Assembly (NCBI GenBank): GCA_964187785.1
Contig: OZ076409.1
Location: 99,636,001-99,700,000 of the forward strand
DNA length: 64,000 nucleotides
Direction of reading: 5' to 3'
Source of the DNA: Amphiscolops sp. MND2022
Taxonomy: Eukaryota
Of this stretch, positions 47,701 to 59,937 are shown piece after piece. The translations under genes and the position numbers were made by a program. Below the pieces are notes generated by a model. That model was not told the DNA's origin. It did no database searches and saw only the letters and a list, made by a program, of their open reading frames with translations. The number at the start of each line of letters is the position of its first letter. Positions within the stretch are counted from its first letter, which is position 1.

Positions 47701-48415
47701 GTTCTCGCTGCAACACGGGATCGCTGACCCCGTCCTTGAACCGATGCAAGATTTCATAGCGTCGGGTAGTGATAGGCTCATCAGGAAAACCCTGACTGCT
47801 CAGACCCTCTAATGCATCTAGATACTGCATCAGGCCCTCTTTCTCAAGCTGATTTCGCAACCCGAAAGCCTGCCTTACTAGCCCGCGGCTACTCCCAGTC
47901 CCAAATCTGCTGGAGAGCAAGGTAGTCATTATAAAACTCCGAGCTTCATCACCTAAGTGATCGATTATCGCCCAGGCCTTGTCGACAGGTGAAGCATTGG
48001 AAAAAACTCGCTCCAAATACCGCTTCATCACGAGCAACCACTCTTCAACAGTCCCGTCTTTCGAACCTCTGTATAAGGTTGGTCGAACAGCGGTTTGATC
48101 ACGATTGGCAATCAAGGGAGCCAACTCTTTAGCCATGGCTTTGGATATCGCCTCCGTGAATTTCAACTTTTCTGGAGATATCAATTCATCTTTTGGGTCA
48201 TCAGTACCATGACTGCTCTCGAGCAACCTGCCCCGAACAGTGTGATCCTCTGGCGACGTGTGAGGTTCATCAACGCAGTTTGAAATATTGATATCGGCAT
48301 TTCTGAGGCGTATCTGTACTTCTGCATTGATCGACTGCATTTGTGCTAGCGCTCGCGCTAACAATTTCTCCCTGCGAAGCGTACCTTGTGCCAAAATGAC
48401 TGATATCTCATTCAT
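44765..48415 (-). CDS. pol: Gypsy gag-protease-reverse transcriptase ORF (1216 aa, frameshifted at its 3' end)
   Basis: DTG protease and YIDD RT motifs. Confidence 0.9.
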   Translation of the reverse strand: MNEISVILAQGTLRREKLLARALAQMQSINAEVQIRLRNADINISNCVDEPHTSPEDHTVRGRLLESSHGTDDPKDELISPEKLKFTEAISKAMAKELAPLIANRDQTAVRPTLYRGSKDGTVEEWLLVMKRYLERVFSNASPVDKAWAIIDHLGDEARSFIMTTLLSSRFGTGSSRGLVRQAFGLRNQLEKEGLMQYLDALEGLSSQGFPDEPITTRRYEILHRFKDGVSDPVLQRELTVVFATEGYLADPPTVESLRFTVQELQRSRHQQQPRDPGCTETVPYQYLQSDQVPGSPVAPQYESLPPHARRSARLPMPAASVHTTPEYRQTATLEQSARCLQSACARRKLVVHCPEHILDPHSESQQGAAAAVPAPAVPWKSCTTEVSAGCPTLSIQSETFSPRAEEKKKPDATQTLSTASGRVLMLRPADQATVNAPLTLTCGTKQVQTGLEPTTFDPSGRTLLSVHLVLASEQQIRPDLTLEKLKLELASNPAVKRISLPLPKEWYTEGEDSTCTAYSPVPVHANIVGVDMKFDASVVVDVFPQGVCLGPHELRCYSISKQELTGEARIDERALLVVSFAVQNANPILLRGMVDTGSGVSIMSFAAFNRVALRTGVALQPYRIDLYAANGKTIKTFGIAERVRFQLGGNELETNFVVVDDAQRLEDFLLGRSFLRAYNVFVDLTAMKIVVRAPAKPVWHHAHAQTSDEALSSTVVLDQDVVLQPFERAVLRAKLVTSDLEAFAFRNVVINFATPNRLLKNTMFVEDTIATVGETGSFYVSVGNLTSNAQKVKCGTMLGTAAPVRLVYHAVPQCALAHKGKNDEKSDSPNEFVNRVYSEMDLNSHSKCSSSSEFEFLSSTDPSEEGLSEREIRKRTDPDLFALIPRPESQLEEVQKLWGQFARDSLNNILTEFDDLFLKHKADIGRCTIAKHPVELEPGATSHREGARRMSPDKAERANQEVRNLLALGMIQPSLAPWASGIVTVKKKNGELRFCCDFRPLNAVTIKDAYPLPRIDESLSRLGEAKIYTSIDLAWAFWQIPVRKADRQKTAFACELGLFEWRRMPFGMCNASAIFQRAIAARALRKIVNREGSMVMAYIDDIVIATETVEDHRVRLREVFECLREAGFKMRVAKCDFRKSEIKYLGRVVSAEGIKSDPKAVAKLSDWEVPRNKTEMQSFLGFANYYREFIPWHAKLVCGPLACYYRPGRNFRLGG

Positions 48416-51400
48416 CTGCTGCTCCAGGGCCTCTACTTAATGGTCCTGTTTCTGATAAAACTGAATACTGGTTTCATGGAGAGAAGATCGTTTAGACGAC
48501 GATACTAAACTAGGACTGGGAGTCCTTATGCTCCTCTCCGGCTCGGTATCCTGAGAGTTAGTTGGCATTGAGTCTAGAAAATTGGAGACAGGTTTGAAAC
48601 TATCCTCCAAAGGCCAATCTTCCAAGTTCAAATCCTCTAACTTCGTCAATCGGTCATGTTCATCTACCATTTGGGATTCATTTTGAGGTTGAACATCATG
48701 AACATCCATTGATTGTGCTGCACTGACATTCTTTTCCCCTTTAAAAAAGGAACGGAGGCGGCGGGAGATTTTCCCATGTTTTATCTTAGCTTTAGAGGTT
48801 CCGAACTGCATCACTAGAACAACCTGTGTACCTAAGGTCAGTGTCAGGGTCAAAGTCAAGAGAATTTCTAGCAATCACAGCGTGCTGAAAACTGCTCAAC
48901 ACTTTGCACTCTGCTCAGTAGACTAGAAAATTTCGCTCTAGAGCAGATTGCTGCAGCCAAGTTGGATAGTGCGCACCAAACAGACAGTCGAGCGGTTTGT
49001 CGACCTCTCAACCTCAGGAGATTTGGGTATTTTGCAATTGCCCAGAAGAGTTTTTTGCAAATTTGGCGTAAAATTCGGCGTTGATGCTACTCGATACAGC
49101 GAAATAACACCAAAATGAGGCAACAGAGTGTTCAAAAAGGTGTCACACTTGGGCAAACCGGTCAAAGTTTTCGTCACTAGGAAGTTGCTCCTCCCAATAT
49201 CTTGTAATTTTGGCTAAGTCGGAACACTCAGGCTCTCTTTTGGATATCGAAAACCCTGCTCAAGGTAACTCCTAGAGATTTTCGTTTGGAAAATGTAGTC
49301 CAGAGTGCGTCGCAGGCACTCAAAACTGCTGACTTGATTTGTTCAGAATCAAATTTCGAAGTCCCAGAAGAGTCTAAAATTTATGACCCCTGCCGGCAAT
49401 TTTTTTGAACCGTGGGATTTGCCTCGTTTGCACCCAGGAAGGTCTACTGGGCCCCTTCCGTTGGAAAATGAAGGCTTTTTGGGTCTGCCTCCTGTACAGC
49501 GGAAGTATTGAAGTTTTACATTGATAGATTTTCTGGTGTTTTTTGAATTTTGTTCAAGACGTGTGTCTGAACAGAGTCGAAATCAGTTTTATCAATCGTA
49601 CTGGGTACAAAATGACACAGCACAATTTGTCAGCCACACAGTTCAGAAAAATAACCTTCCGTAGCTGATAATTGCCGCAAGCTCCGAGCTAGAGCCTTTT
49701 TCAACGATTTTTTTGATTTTTCAACTTTTTTTTGAAAATCACTCAGATGGCTTTTACAAGTGCTGGAAACGTGGTATCGGGCTCAAAATTGGTCACGCGA
49801 TCACACGTATAGCCAGCTACACTACAGTAACAACCAATGAGAATTCAGACCACTGGGCAAGATTTAGATCTGATACTGACGTTCCGTATCACCGTGTCTC
49901 GATTGACACTATTTTTCACATGCAATCAAAGACTCTCGTCCACAGTGCTGAGCTCTCGAGCTCACTTTTTTCAGCAACGGTGCACCAACTGACACTAATA
50001 GGAATAGTCCAGGGCAATGTTATCCCAACTTTCCAATAAGGTGCGCCGACAGTTCCAAAAAATGATCTAATTCGTTACGATACACAGGATATCACGACTT
50101 CAAGTAACAAAACGCTATGATCCAGCAAGGCAGCCCACTCGATACTGATCAAATATCACACGCACAGCAATGAACTAACTGCTGGGAGTTCAAACTAGGG
50201 GTTTCAACAGGTTTCCAGCACGTAGAACTGACTTTTTTCCCACTTCCCCAGTTTTCGTCTCGGTGAAACCTTAAACTGAAACAATGACCATGCACGTCCA
50301 AGAAGAGTCAAAATTAGTTCCAAGGGTTGTAGCGTGCTGGAAGGTATACAGCACTTCCGGATTGATGCACTGACCCAAAAAGTGAGTCAAGAATCGGGGT
50401 ATTAGGATCCAGTCACAGGTCAGAGGTTTTTCAGGTATTTTTTGGGTTTTTCAGCTTCACTTGAACAAAAACTCCAGAGGCTAGCGCTAACGCTAGAAAC
50501 GCAGGATCGGCTTCAAAATCAACCACACAATCCCACGTAAGTTGAGATACACGGGAATAATAGCTGATTTGTGCTGAGATGTCTAGGTGAAGTTTCAACA
50601 CAGTACAGACGTTCGGTATCACCGTGTTCCAAGATGTACTATTTTTCACGCGTCACCCAGATTCTGGCGAACTGCAAAGAGCACTCACGCTCGTTTTCCG
50701 GCAACAATACGATGAACTTGCACTGGTTACGATAGTGGGCAGCAATTTGGCCCCACTCTTTGAATAAGGTGTTCAGGCAATCCCACCAGACTTAGTAGGC
50801 TGTTCAAACTTGCACAGCGTTTTCCCACAAGCACACTGGGCCAAAAAATCAACCTGAATTAGGGCAAAAAGTCTCCAGTCACCCACAGGAAGAATTTCAA
50901 AGAGTTTTTGGATTTTCCACAAATCGCACCACAATACTCAAGAGGCTCGTGTGTGCGCTGGAAGCGCCGTATTCAGCCCAAAATTGACCAGCAGATCTTA
51001 GGTACACGTTGGTTTTTGAAAATGAACACAGATATGAGCTGCACCCCTTGTACACAGTTTCCCCTAGGTACAGACGTGCGGTACCATTATGTACCGAAAT
51101 ACACTGTTTTTCACGTCTTTTTCAAGATTGCGGTCCACTGGAAAGAGCTAGCAAGCTCAAATTCTCTGCAACAACGTAAGAACCAGCACAGGCAATATAG
51201 CCCCACCCGTCGGCTAAGGTGCCCGGGTTACTCGGAATAATTAAGAAAAAACTGCCTTTTTGCGCACCTTTTTGGGTGCCACGTTTTTCCTATTTTCTCA
51301 ACAAGTATCACACAGATCAGCGCCAAACTTGGTAGTCTATGCCAGTGGGCACCTACAATGCCACTGATTTGGTCGAATTGAAGCGCGAGCGCTTATTTGA

Positions 51401-53088
51401 GGTTTCGACCCCCTATGAACGTTGTACACGAAAAAACACTGTTTTTGACGACTTTTTTCACAAATTGACCAAGAGGATCACCTCAGAAAGTGATACGGCG
51501 GCCAAAATGGGACCAACGTGTTGCCCCACTATCCGTAGCACTGGGATAAACCCTCAATTGGTTGTGCCCGTTAGGTATAAGGCACTGACAGTCCTGCAGT
51601 TTTGGAATTTTTCGGTCCTCTTACGCTTCTCTGAAGTCGAAACGTCAGAGAGCTTTTCTCGACTTTGGTTACCGATACGCTCACGAAAGTTTCGGCACTA
51701 ACGTTAATTTTGGTGGTTGTTACGAAAATGCAACCACTTTTTGGCTAGGGTTCAGGAATCGATGACCCGACCCTAGCTCAGAGACAGTCCGGTTTTGTGG
51801 AAAATTGATCAAATTCAGTGCGTTTTTCCACTTTTCTCAGCAGTGAATGGGAGTTTTTACACGCGGTTTTCACCACCACGCAATATTGTTACTACAAAAA
51901 CAGAAAATGAGAGCGCGCAGGCTCCCAGGTCACGAAAACACTGAGTGCCCTAGAGGTTTTAATGATGCACTCTGGCACTCCTGAAACTGGCCAAAAATCA
52001 AGGTTTTTCGACCTGTTCTCACCAAGAAAACGTTACAAACTCTCTTGAATCCTATTTTTGGTACTGTGGAGTGTGCCCCAAACTAATAGCAGCACGGAAG
52101 AGGCAATTACATCACAATCCAGCACTCTCCCAGTGGCATTTCGTAGTGGTTTTTTGCCAATTTCGCCAAAAACCGGGTTTTTTCATGCAAAATGTGTCTC
52201 AAAAAGGTCTCCAACGGCCTTTCTGGTTGTCGTTACATTATCTAGCATAACCCTCAAGGTTTTGGGCTGCTTTCTATTCATTTTTGCAACTGCTGTGGCT
52301 AATACTTTGAGCGCTCGCGCTCGTACCAAGAAAAGTACTCAAAAATGCCAAAAATCACGTTTTTGCGACTTTTGCACAAAAAATCACACTTTTTTCACTG
52401 AAAACAGGTGCAAAAGCACACACTGAGTTGCAACAAGGGAAACAAGTCTTGCCAAACAATTCCCCGTCGAAAAAAGTGTCTTTTTGAAATTTTCGCCAAC
52501 CATGAGCCATTTGAGCGACACTTCTGGTCACAGGGGGTACATCTTCACCACGTTTTTTCTCCACATCTAGACCAGATAGAGACACGCGGTTTAGATCATT
52601 AGCATTGTCTACTCTTGCACTTGCTGTCCACCGAAAACCATACCTCTAGGACGTCTCCACGAAAAATGGGAGTAGGAAGTAGGCAACACACGATTTGACC
52701 CTTCTGCCGCCTCGCTGGCTCGTGGCTGACCATCCACCAGTCACCTTCTTGCATGGCATAAAATGGCCGAAAATAGCTCAAAAAACCTGGTAAACACCCG
52801 TAGCCATGTGCTACGGTCCTCTACACCTGCAAAAAAGATACCCGCTGATGGGAACCTTGCAATTTTAGACGATATCTGTCAACAAGTACCTGTTATCAAA
52901 ACATACCAAAGGTACTCTGAAAAATCCCCTGAAAGACTGGAAAAACACCAAAATACAACGTCATAACATCTAAAAAACTTGGAAAAACTCTGGGTAAACG
53001 TCTCCTTCCAGAGTCCAATCGTTCTTGGCGTCCAATACCAGGGGGTCGGAAATTTCAAAACCATATAATAGGGCAGTATTCGGAAGCG

Positions 53089-53106
53089 ATCCCTCTGTGG
53101 TCGCCA
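53089..53106 (-). promoter_or_regulatory. Primer-binding site complementary to a tRNA-Arg 3' end
   Basis: Minus strand tggcgaccacagagggat. The plus strand tccctctgtggtcgcca resembles the 3' end of metazoan tRNA-Arg(TCG)+CCA and lies upstream of gag. Confidence 0.75.
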
Positions 53107-53111
53107 AAAAA

Positions 53112-55198
53112 TGAGGTCTCATGTAACGGCAAGCAGTTATCGGTCGCTTAACGCGTTAACAGAGGTGGAGGAACCTGCAGGAATGGGTGAATCGCTCGGG
53201 ACAGGCGCCCATCGCCACATATCCATTTTGCCTCCAGGGGTGAAATACGTCCCGGGTCCGAGGGTGCTTCGACGAATACTGTCCAACCGGTCCTAGTCTT
53301 TGATTGCTAATAGTAACGGGCATCTTTCTGGCTCTCTAAAGACCACCGCTTAACTAGCATATTAAAACAATGCCAAGAATAAGGTAAATTTCCAGTTCCA
53401 GGGTGACATATGAATAAGATCTAAAATTGGGGAATAAGATCGAAACTAGCGCTAGCGCTACTGAATACAGCCAAAATCACTGAAAATACATGAAAACAGG
53501 CACGAATATGGCAAACCACACAGCTAAAAAGCTGGGGCGCAGGACTCCAAGCACCAAACAAGGATCTTTAGGCGAAAAGACTCATTTTTACGGTTTCCGC
53601 TACATAGGGTAGCATAATGCTGAAAATCGATAAAAACCGGGGTTAGCACCTCAAAAAGGGTCTATTTTCGGATGTTCTTGCCGTCTCTGGCTTCTGTCAT
53701 GGCGGCGCGCCCGTGTTTTTGCTCGTTCTTGCTCTTTGTTGTCGAAGTACCTGCCAATTTCGTGGAAACAGCGCAAAGAGCAATCACATGCTCAGTGCCA
53801 CGTCACACATCGGATTGAAATTTTTGACAAAATTTCTGAACATGTCAAAGTTGCAAAATCGGTTGATATTGCTGTACCAGAGCTTGCCGTTACATGTCTC
53901 GCCGTTACAAGAATTTGTAAAAAACTGATCTGATGTGAAAACCTGATTTGATACGTAATAGGCAACAGATTAGAATGTAACGTCGGCAGTTGAACGAAAG
54001 TTTTGAAAATATCGAACAAGTCATGCTCAACCCAGCAGATACCCAAAAGTCAGCCTGGATGACAAAAAAAAGAAAGAAGACCCCAACCCCACACACTCCG
54101 ACCCTCACGACAACCTCTTATACAGAAAACATAAGGAGCGCAAGAAGATAGAAATAAACCTAGTATTGTGCCGTCTCTTCTCGAAAGCCCAAACATGTTC
54201 CTCGCGGAAATGGTGACTTGGAAGACCCGAAATCGAGGTACAACCTACCCATGGATCATTGCAAAAACTCCAAAAACTTCGTGAAAGTGCTAATTTCAGT
54301 TAATTTCTTTGCCATTGTTGTTGTTTTACAGATTTAGAATTGTGCCGGATCTAGCAGATCCCTATTTTCTGCATTTTGGATCTTATTCCGAAAAAAACTT
54401 TGCATTCCTGCTAATTGCTGTTTTTGGACGTCGGGAGTATGTAGAAAATTTTAGGAACCTTAGGAAACGTTTTTACGTGCTTCTGAGACATGGCTGAACT
54501 TTGAATGTGCCGGCACGTAGTCACGGAGCTCTAAAATGAGGAGTCTCTTCGACATTAGAAAAATCCCCTGGGAGACCTTTTTGGGATGAAAAATAGTGTC
54601 TTGTGTTGTAGTAAGACAATGGTCTCCTGTTTAGGCAACCTAGGCATCGTCCCAGTTCTAAGATACACGCTGCTAGATGAACGATGCATCTAGAATAGTT
54701 TCTATTGTGACCATAGAGGGATGTTTTTCTTTGTTTGTGTCAAATTTGGAGGTTTTCCTGCTTTCCGGCCCTGTAAGGTGCCGATCTAGGAAAAACTTAT
54801 GGGAGGGTCCTAGATTGCGTTTATTGTTGTAAAAAGCTTTGCAGGCTTCCTTCTAATAGAAAACCTGCAATTCCTGCGTATTTCCGGGGTCTGGAACGTG
54901 AAATCGGCAATTTTCTTCAACGTACCCATTTTGCTATTTTCGTACTTCTTTTGATTGACCATCCGCAACAATTAGGAGAGTTTTGGAAGACTCCTGCTGC
55001 TTTGGACAACCCGTTTTCGACCCTCTGTCTGGCTAGGATACCCCCAGAAGCGGCTGAGAACTTGTCCTTTTTTCGATTAGTAGCCCCTAATGCTTTTCCC
55101 CCGACCTACCCTCATTACTAATAGCTGAGAAAAATTGAAAAATACCCAGCGGGTTTTACGAACGTTTACTGATATATTATAGCGAGCTAGCGATAACA
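53112..55198 (-). mobile_element. Probable 5' LTR (~2.1 kb) of the Gypsy element
   Basis: On the minus strand it ends in ...acctca just before the PBS; a candidate start tgttatcg is at 55198. No second LTR is present to confirm the boundaries. Confidence 0.5.
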
Positions 55199-55199
55199 C

Positions 55200-56750
55200 C
55201 CTCTATTGCTCCAACTTCGATTTTGTTACTTTCGAAAACCAATATTTCCAGAAATACGTACGGTCAGTGGAAATCCAGTAGCAACGTTCCATTGGACCTA
55301 TCAGGTCAGGAACAGAAAAGGTTACTAGGGTAAATTGTGAAAACACTAAATCGTTTGGCGATTGTTGTTGAGAATACGACCAATTTGGCCTTAAAGAGCA
55401 AACTTTGTGAAGGCGAAGCACTGGGCGATTCTTCCAGAGCTTTGAAATTATCCCGAAAACATTTTCCCGAACCTGGTAGTACAAAACATTAGCTTGGTAG
55501 TACGAAAAGATGAAAAGATTACATAGACATGAGTAGAGGACCCTATAGACCTGAGAGATATAACACTAAAAGCAATCACTGAAACAACTCAGTCCCGTGA
55601 ATTAGGTATTTAAAACTTGCCACGTTACTGTTGAAAAAACAAAGATTGTCCGAGAACAGAGAAATAATACATTATTGATGAAAATACGTAAGTATGGTAC
55701 TGTTCTCAGAGTGTAAAAAGGTGTAACATTCCTTTAGAACCTACCAGCTTTCACCTGCTTATTTACTATTGCTTTAGAGTATAACGTTGCTAACGCAGAA
55801 AACCGCAGGTAATTCCAACTTAGGAATTATTCTGATAATTCTAAGGTTCTCCCTGGGGTGTGTGCTACATAACAATCAAACGGAAATTATCTATCTACCT
55901 AAGTAGTTAGTCGGCTGGAAATTGTGTTTTTTCTTTGATTCATCCGCCTTCCACACGCTTTTTAACGTTATGTTGTTTAACATAATTTCGAATTCTTTGC
56001 CGTGCACATCATTTCTGAAATACTCTACCGACAATATAACTACAAACAATTCCAGCAATTTCTGTTGTCCTGTTGTAACAGTGCTCCTAACCAATGGTTA
56101 ATTGCTGCAATCACAGAGTGTTCGTAGCGACATACTTCTTTTAAAATGCGCCAGTGCTGTCACTTGTTTCACGTGCTTGTTTATCTTTTCGAATGCTTTT
56201 TCATGTTTTGAAGAACACTGCCACTCGTCATCCTTTTTCAAAATACTTCGGAACAGGAAACAAATTCCGCCGCCAATTCTGGGATAAATTTACATAGTTG
56301 GTTAACTGAGCCTATGTACGATCTCAATTCTTTCAATTTAATTGACCGAGGTCTTTTTGCGGTTCCTCGCAGTGAGTCGAAGTCACTCAATTTGCGCTTT
56401 TGCAAATTGGCATTTTCTGCCTTCAGTAGCAGTATGGCTGGGTCAGACGTGCTGAGAAGTTACCGAACTCTTGCCAAATGTTGTAGTTTTCCTCCCTTTG
56501 GTACCACTAAACTGAACACAAACCGTTTTCTGAATCTAGATAGATGGTTATACATTACATTTGCAACTTTGTCGGCCTAACCGTCAGACCATCAAAACGA
56601 ATATATACGTTCCCGTTGATTATCCGTCAAATATCTATACAATGCAAACCTTTGCTGCCAGTCAGTACACATATTGTATTTTGCCGTACGCATGAGCTAT
56701 ATCGACCAATGAGTACCATACCTTTCGGCTAGCAATTCCAATCAAAAATT
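55200..56750 (-). mobile_element. Highly decayed Gypsy RT/RNase H fragments
   Basis: Minus strand ~56100-56250 encodes LKKDDEWQCSSKHEKAFEKINKHVKQVTALAHFKRSMSLRTLCDCS (RT-RNase H connection). Confidence 0.6.
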
Positions 56751-58950
56751 TTAAAAAGGATTTTGGGTATTTGTTTTAGTTTATTGCTTTGTTAAACGAT
56801 GTCGCATAATTTTTACAGAACGCTCTTTATTTACGGTTTTTACGATAACCTGTATGAAGACTCAACTTTAATTTCATTTACCTTTTCGATGTGTTCCTTT
56901 TTTGAAAAAACTTTTGTTTTCTTCGTTTGCAGACTTCTTCATTTGAATTGGTTTTCTTCTTCTTCATTGTTGCCTCAGTTTAGCATCCTTTTTTATGTTG
57001 ATATCTTTCATTTTTCTTTTTTCATAAATAACTGCAGAAATTCGTAAACAAGTGATTCTGTTTCTACGTCTCAGCATCTCTTCATTTTTTCAGTTACAAT
57101 AAATTTTGACTCAACCGCTGGGGAGTGTACTATCGAAAATTCTAGTGTTTTCCACCACCCCCATCCGATTTCTGAATTGATGCTCTCTCATGCAATAAGG
57201 AAACGTCCTGTTTTGATAAACTCATCCCACATTTTCACTCGCAGAACACACAACCCACTAGATCTGACGTGGAGATCCCTTCGGTGAATTGTTTTCTTTA
57301 ACTCGTCGAGTGCAAATGTGGTCCCTGGTGAGCTTGTGCCTGTCATGGTTTGAAATATTCATCCTTCTATAATATACGGTTTTGGTTTTCAGTTGCTGGC
57401 TCCATGTGCAGTAAAATTTCTATCTTCACATCAGCAATATTCCTTACGTGCATTAGACACTGCAAACTGGTTTTTCTTTAATTTTCATGGATGTGCTTGG
57501 CTCTCCGATTGTTTTTTGTCTTCTTAGACCTCCCTCGAACGCTTTCGCAAATTGAAGCGCTTCAGAGGAGTCGTCTTTAGGTTCTATACACAGCTCCTCT
57601 TGTACCTGCTAATGAGACATTTTTCACGATTTTTTCAGAACAAATGTGACATAAAGCAGGCTTTGTGTTCGATCTTTAAACTCAAATTTTGCTGCATGCC
57701 CATTAAACACTTTTCAGATTCAATATAGCGTTTCTGACGGATGTTACTTCCTTGACAGAAATGTGAGTCTATCGAGAGTCCCGTTTCTTCTTATTTCGAT
57801 GCACAATCAGCATTGTTCTAGAAGTTCTGCTAACTCGATTGTAGATCACTTACGAAAATCGTAGTGACCGGGTGTTTGTTCATCATCGGCTTCCTGCCTT
57901 GCTTTTTAGATTAGATTTACTACTTTCTCAATGGCTCTTCTAAATGTCATGTTCTCAACTAGGTTGCAATTCGTGAGTTCTGATCAGTTGGTGTTCTCAA
58001 GCTATCGGAAGCTCAAATGGAAAGTTAATGAGTATTCAAAGTTTAGAATTTTTTGACGTTCGAGACAGTTTCAAAGTTTGAAACTAAATGTTTATCATTA
58101 TGAAAAGCCTTTATCATCTTTGCGGCATCTGTTATGAAATCAGATATGCATATAAAAATGAAAACAGCACGTGTTTCTGAGTAGATAGATGCCACAAACG
58201 CTGGTTAATGAAACGCACTTATTTTTAAGGTCATGCACAATCATCGAAAAAGTGCTTTTAGGAATTGTACGTGTGATCTCTGACTTCGGCTTCTACCATT
58301 GTCTTCATCAAAAACAATATTCAGCAAAATGTTGCAAATAAGTCGAGTCTTCTGAATCGCTGCTTCATCAACATTGATGCTCTATCAGAATTTTTTTTTG
58401 TAAATTTGCGCATTTTTCAGTTTTGCCAGACAACTGAGATCATGACTCCAGAAAAAGTTCATCCTAAATATTTTTCCAACAAAAATCCATACTTCAGTTT
58501 TCAATTAGTCACGAAAGTGCACAGATTTAGTAAGGTTGAAAAACGGGCTGCGTTTGCAAAAAAAACTTGTTCAAGAATGTGCAAGTCTCATAAGTCTATT
58601 AGCCTGTTTAGTTAACAACAAAATAAACTAAACGATGACTGAAATTAAAACGAATCGTCGTACAAAAATGAAACCCATCTATTTGAGAGCTCAAGTTCTT
58701 TTGGTAGAAAGCTCTTTTTTGTTTATTTCAGAAAACAGGGTAAAACGCTGCCGAAGTGATACCACAGTCAATCTTTGTGTTTCTTGCCATCCTTCCGTAA
58801 CCTCCTTCGCCCCATCCAATCCCCCAAGTATTCTCAATTATCCAGTAGGGTCCAAGGTTCGCGTCTATCCCATACCCCACAAGTAGAACGGCATGGTTCA
58901 GTGATTTGTTCTGGTTTTCACACATGGGGTCATAAAAAACGCCTGTTTTG

Positions 58951-59937
58951 GATTACCAGAAATTTCGTCGCCAAAAAATTTCGTCGTTAGAAATTTCGGC
59001 TCTTTTCTGTTTTCCCCCCACCACCAATTTTTTTTGAAAAATTAGTGAAAATCTTTTAACAAAAAGACTTGAATACAAACCAGAAAGCTTCAAATTTACA
59101 TTTATTTTCAGGGTGACAGTTTAGGATTCAGATACAAACTTTGTTCACACTTTTTCAATATGTAGTCACGCGTTTTTGATGAAGAAATCAACAGCCTCCT
59201 GTTTTGAGTCATCAATAGACACTTAATACAAACATAATTATAGTCAAAAAGCGTGAACAATGTTTTGTTCAAGCAAAAAACTATTCCAATAAACGTTAAC
59301 TTCCCATTATTAAAAAATGTTTTTACTTTTAATTAGGCTAGTCTAAAGTTTCAAAGGAAATTTACTTCCAAAAATTTTGGTGGTCGGGGGGGGGGGTGTT
59401 GGTTGAACAGAAAGGAGCCGAAATTTCATCGTCAGAAATTACATCGTTGGTAATTACGTTCTATAAAATGCTGTCACATTTTGACTCATCTCTTAGGAAT
59501 AATTGTTTATTATTGAATCTACGTATCTTAAAAATCGCTATCATTTGCTATCATTTGCTTTTTTATATTTTAGTTTTGGAGAAAAAATAAAATGTTCTAA
59601 GAAAAACTATTGTCACAGTTTTTTTTACACATTTACCGCAATTTTCGAACATTTTTTCGAACGATGGTTCGTAAAATAGCGCAGGACTGAAAATTGCTCG
59701 TTGCTGAAAAAGCGTTTTGATGAGTGCAATTGAATGCAATTGACTTTTGACTCAATTTTGGAGTCAAAATCAAACTTGTTCCAAAATCTGTTTTTAATTA
59801 TCGAATAAATGAAGAATTAAAATGGTGTCTTTTCGTGAACTATGTTAATTCTAATCCATACGACAAACTTTTGACGACGAAATTTCCTAATGATTTGCTA
59901 ATACGACGAAATTTCTGGCGACGAAATTTCCGCCTTC
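58951..59937. mobile_element. Non-autonomous DNA transposon (Mutator-like, 9-bp TSD) inserted in the cathepsin coding sequence
   Basis: TSD cctgttttg at 58942-58950 and 59938-59946; inverted termini built of gaaatttcgtcg repeats. Confidence 0.85.

Larger units (their letters stand above)
42100..53111 (-). mobile_element. Decayed Gypsy LTR retrotransposon internal region (long 5' leader, gag-pro-RT-RNase H-integrase)
   Basis: Protease MVDTGSG; RT SPWAS-like LAPWAS, RFCCDFR, MPFGMCNA and YIDD; RNase H LDTDAS...ELYAA-like EMYAA...DNQAL; integrase HDAMGH...CLTC, IDHFSK, SDNA, GLVERQNRT and GPHKV. Frameshifts at ~44830, ~44070 and ~43700. Confidence 0.95.

Noticed and set aside
49700..54500. Short ORFs in the Gypsy leader/LTR as env or accessory genes
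   Set aside because: No recognisable motifs, signal peptide or TM pattern; short and on inconsistent strands.
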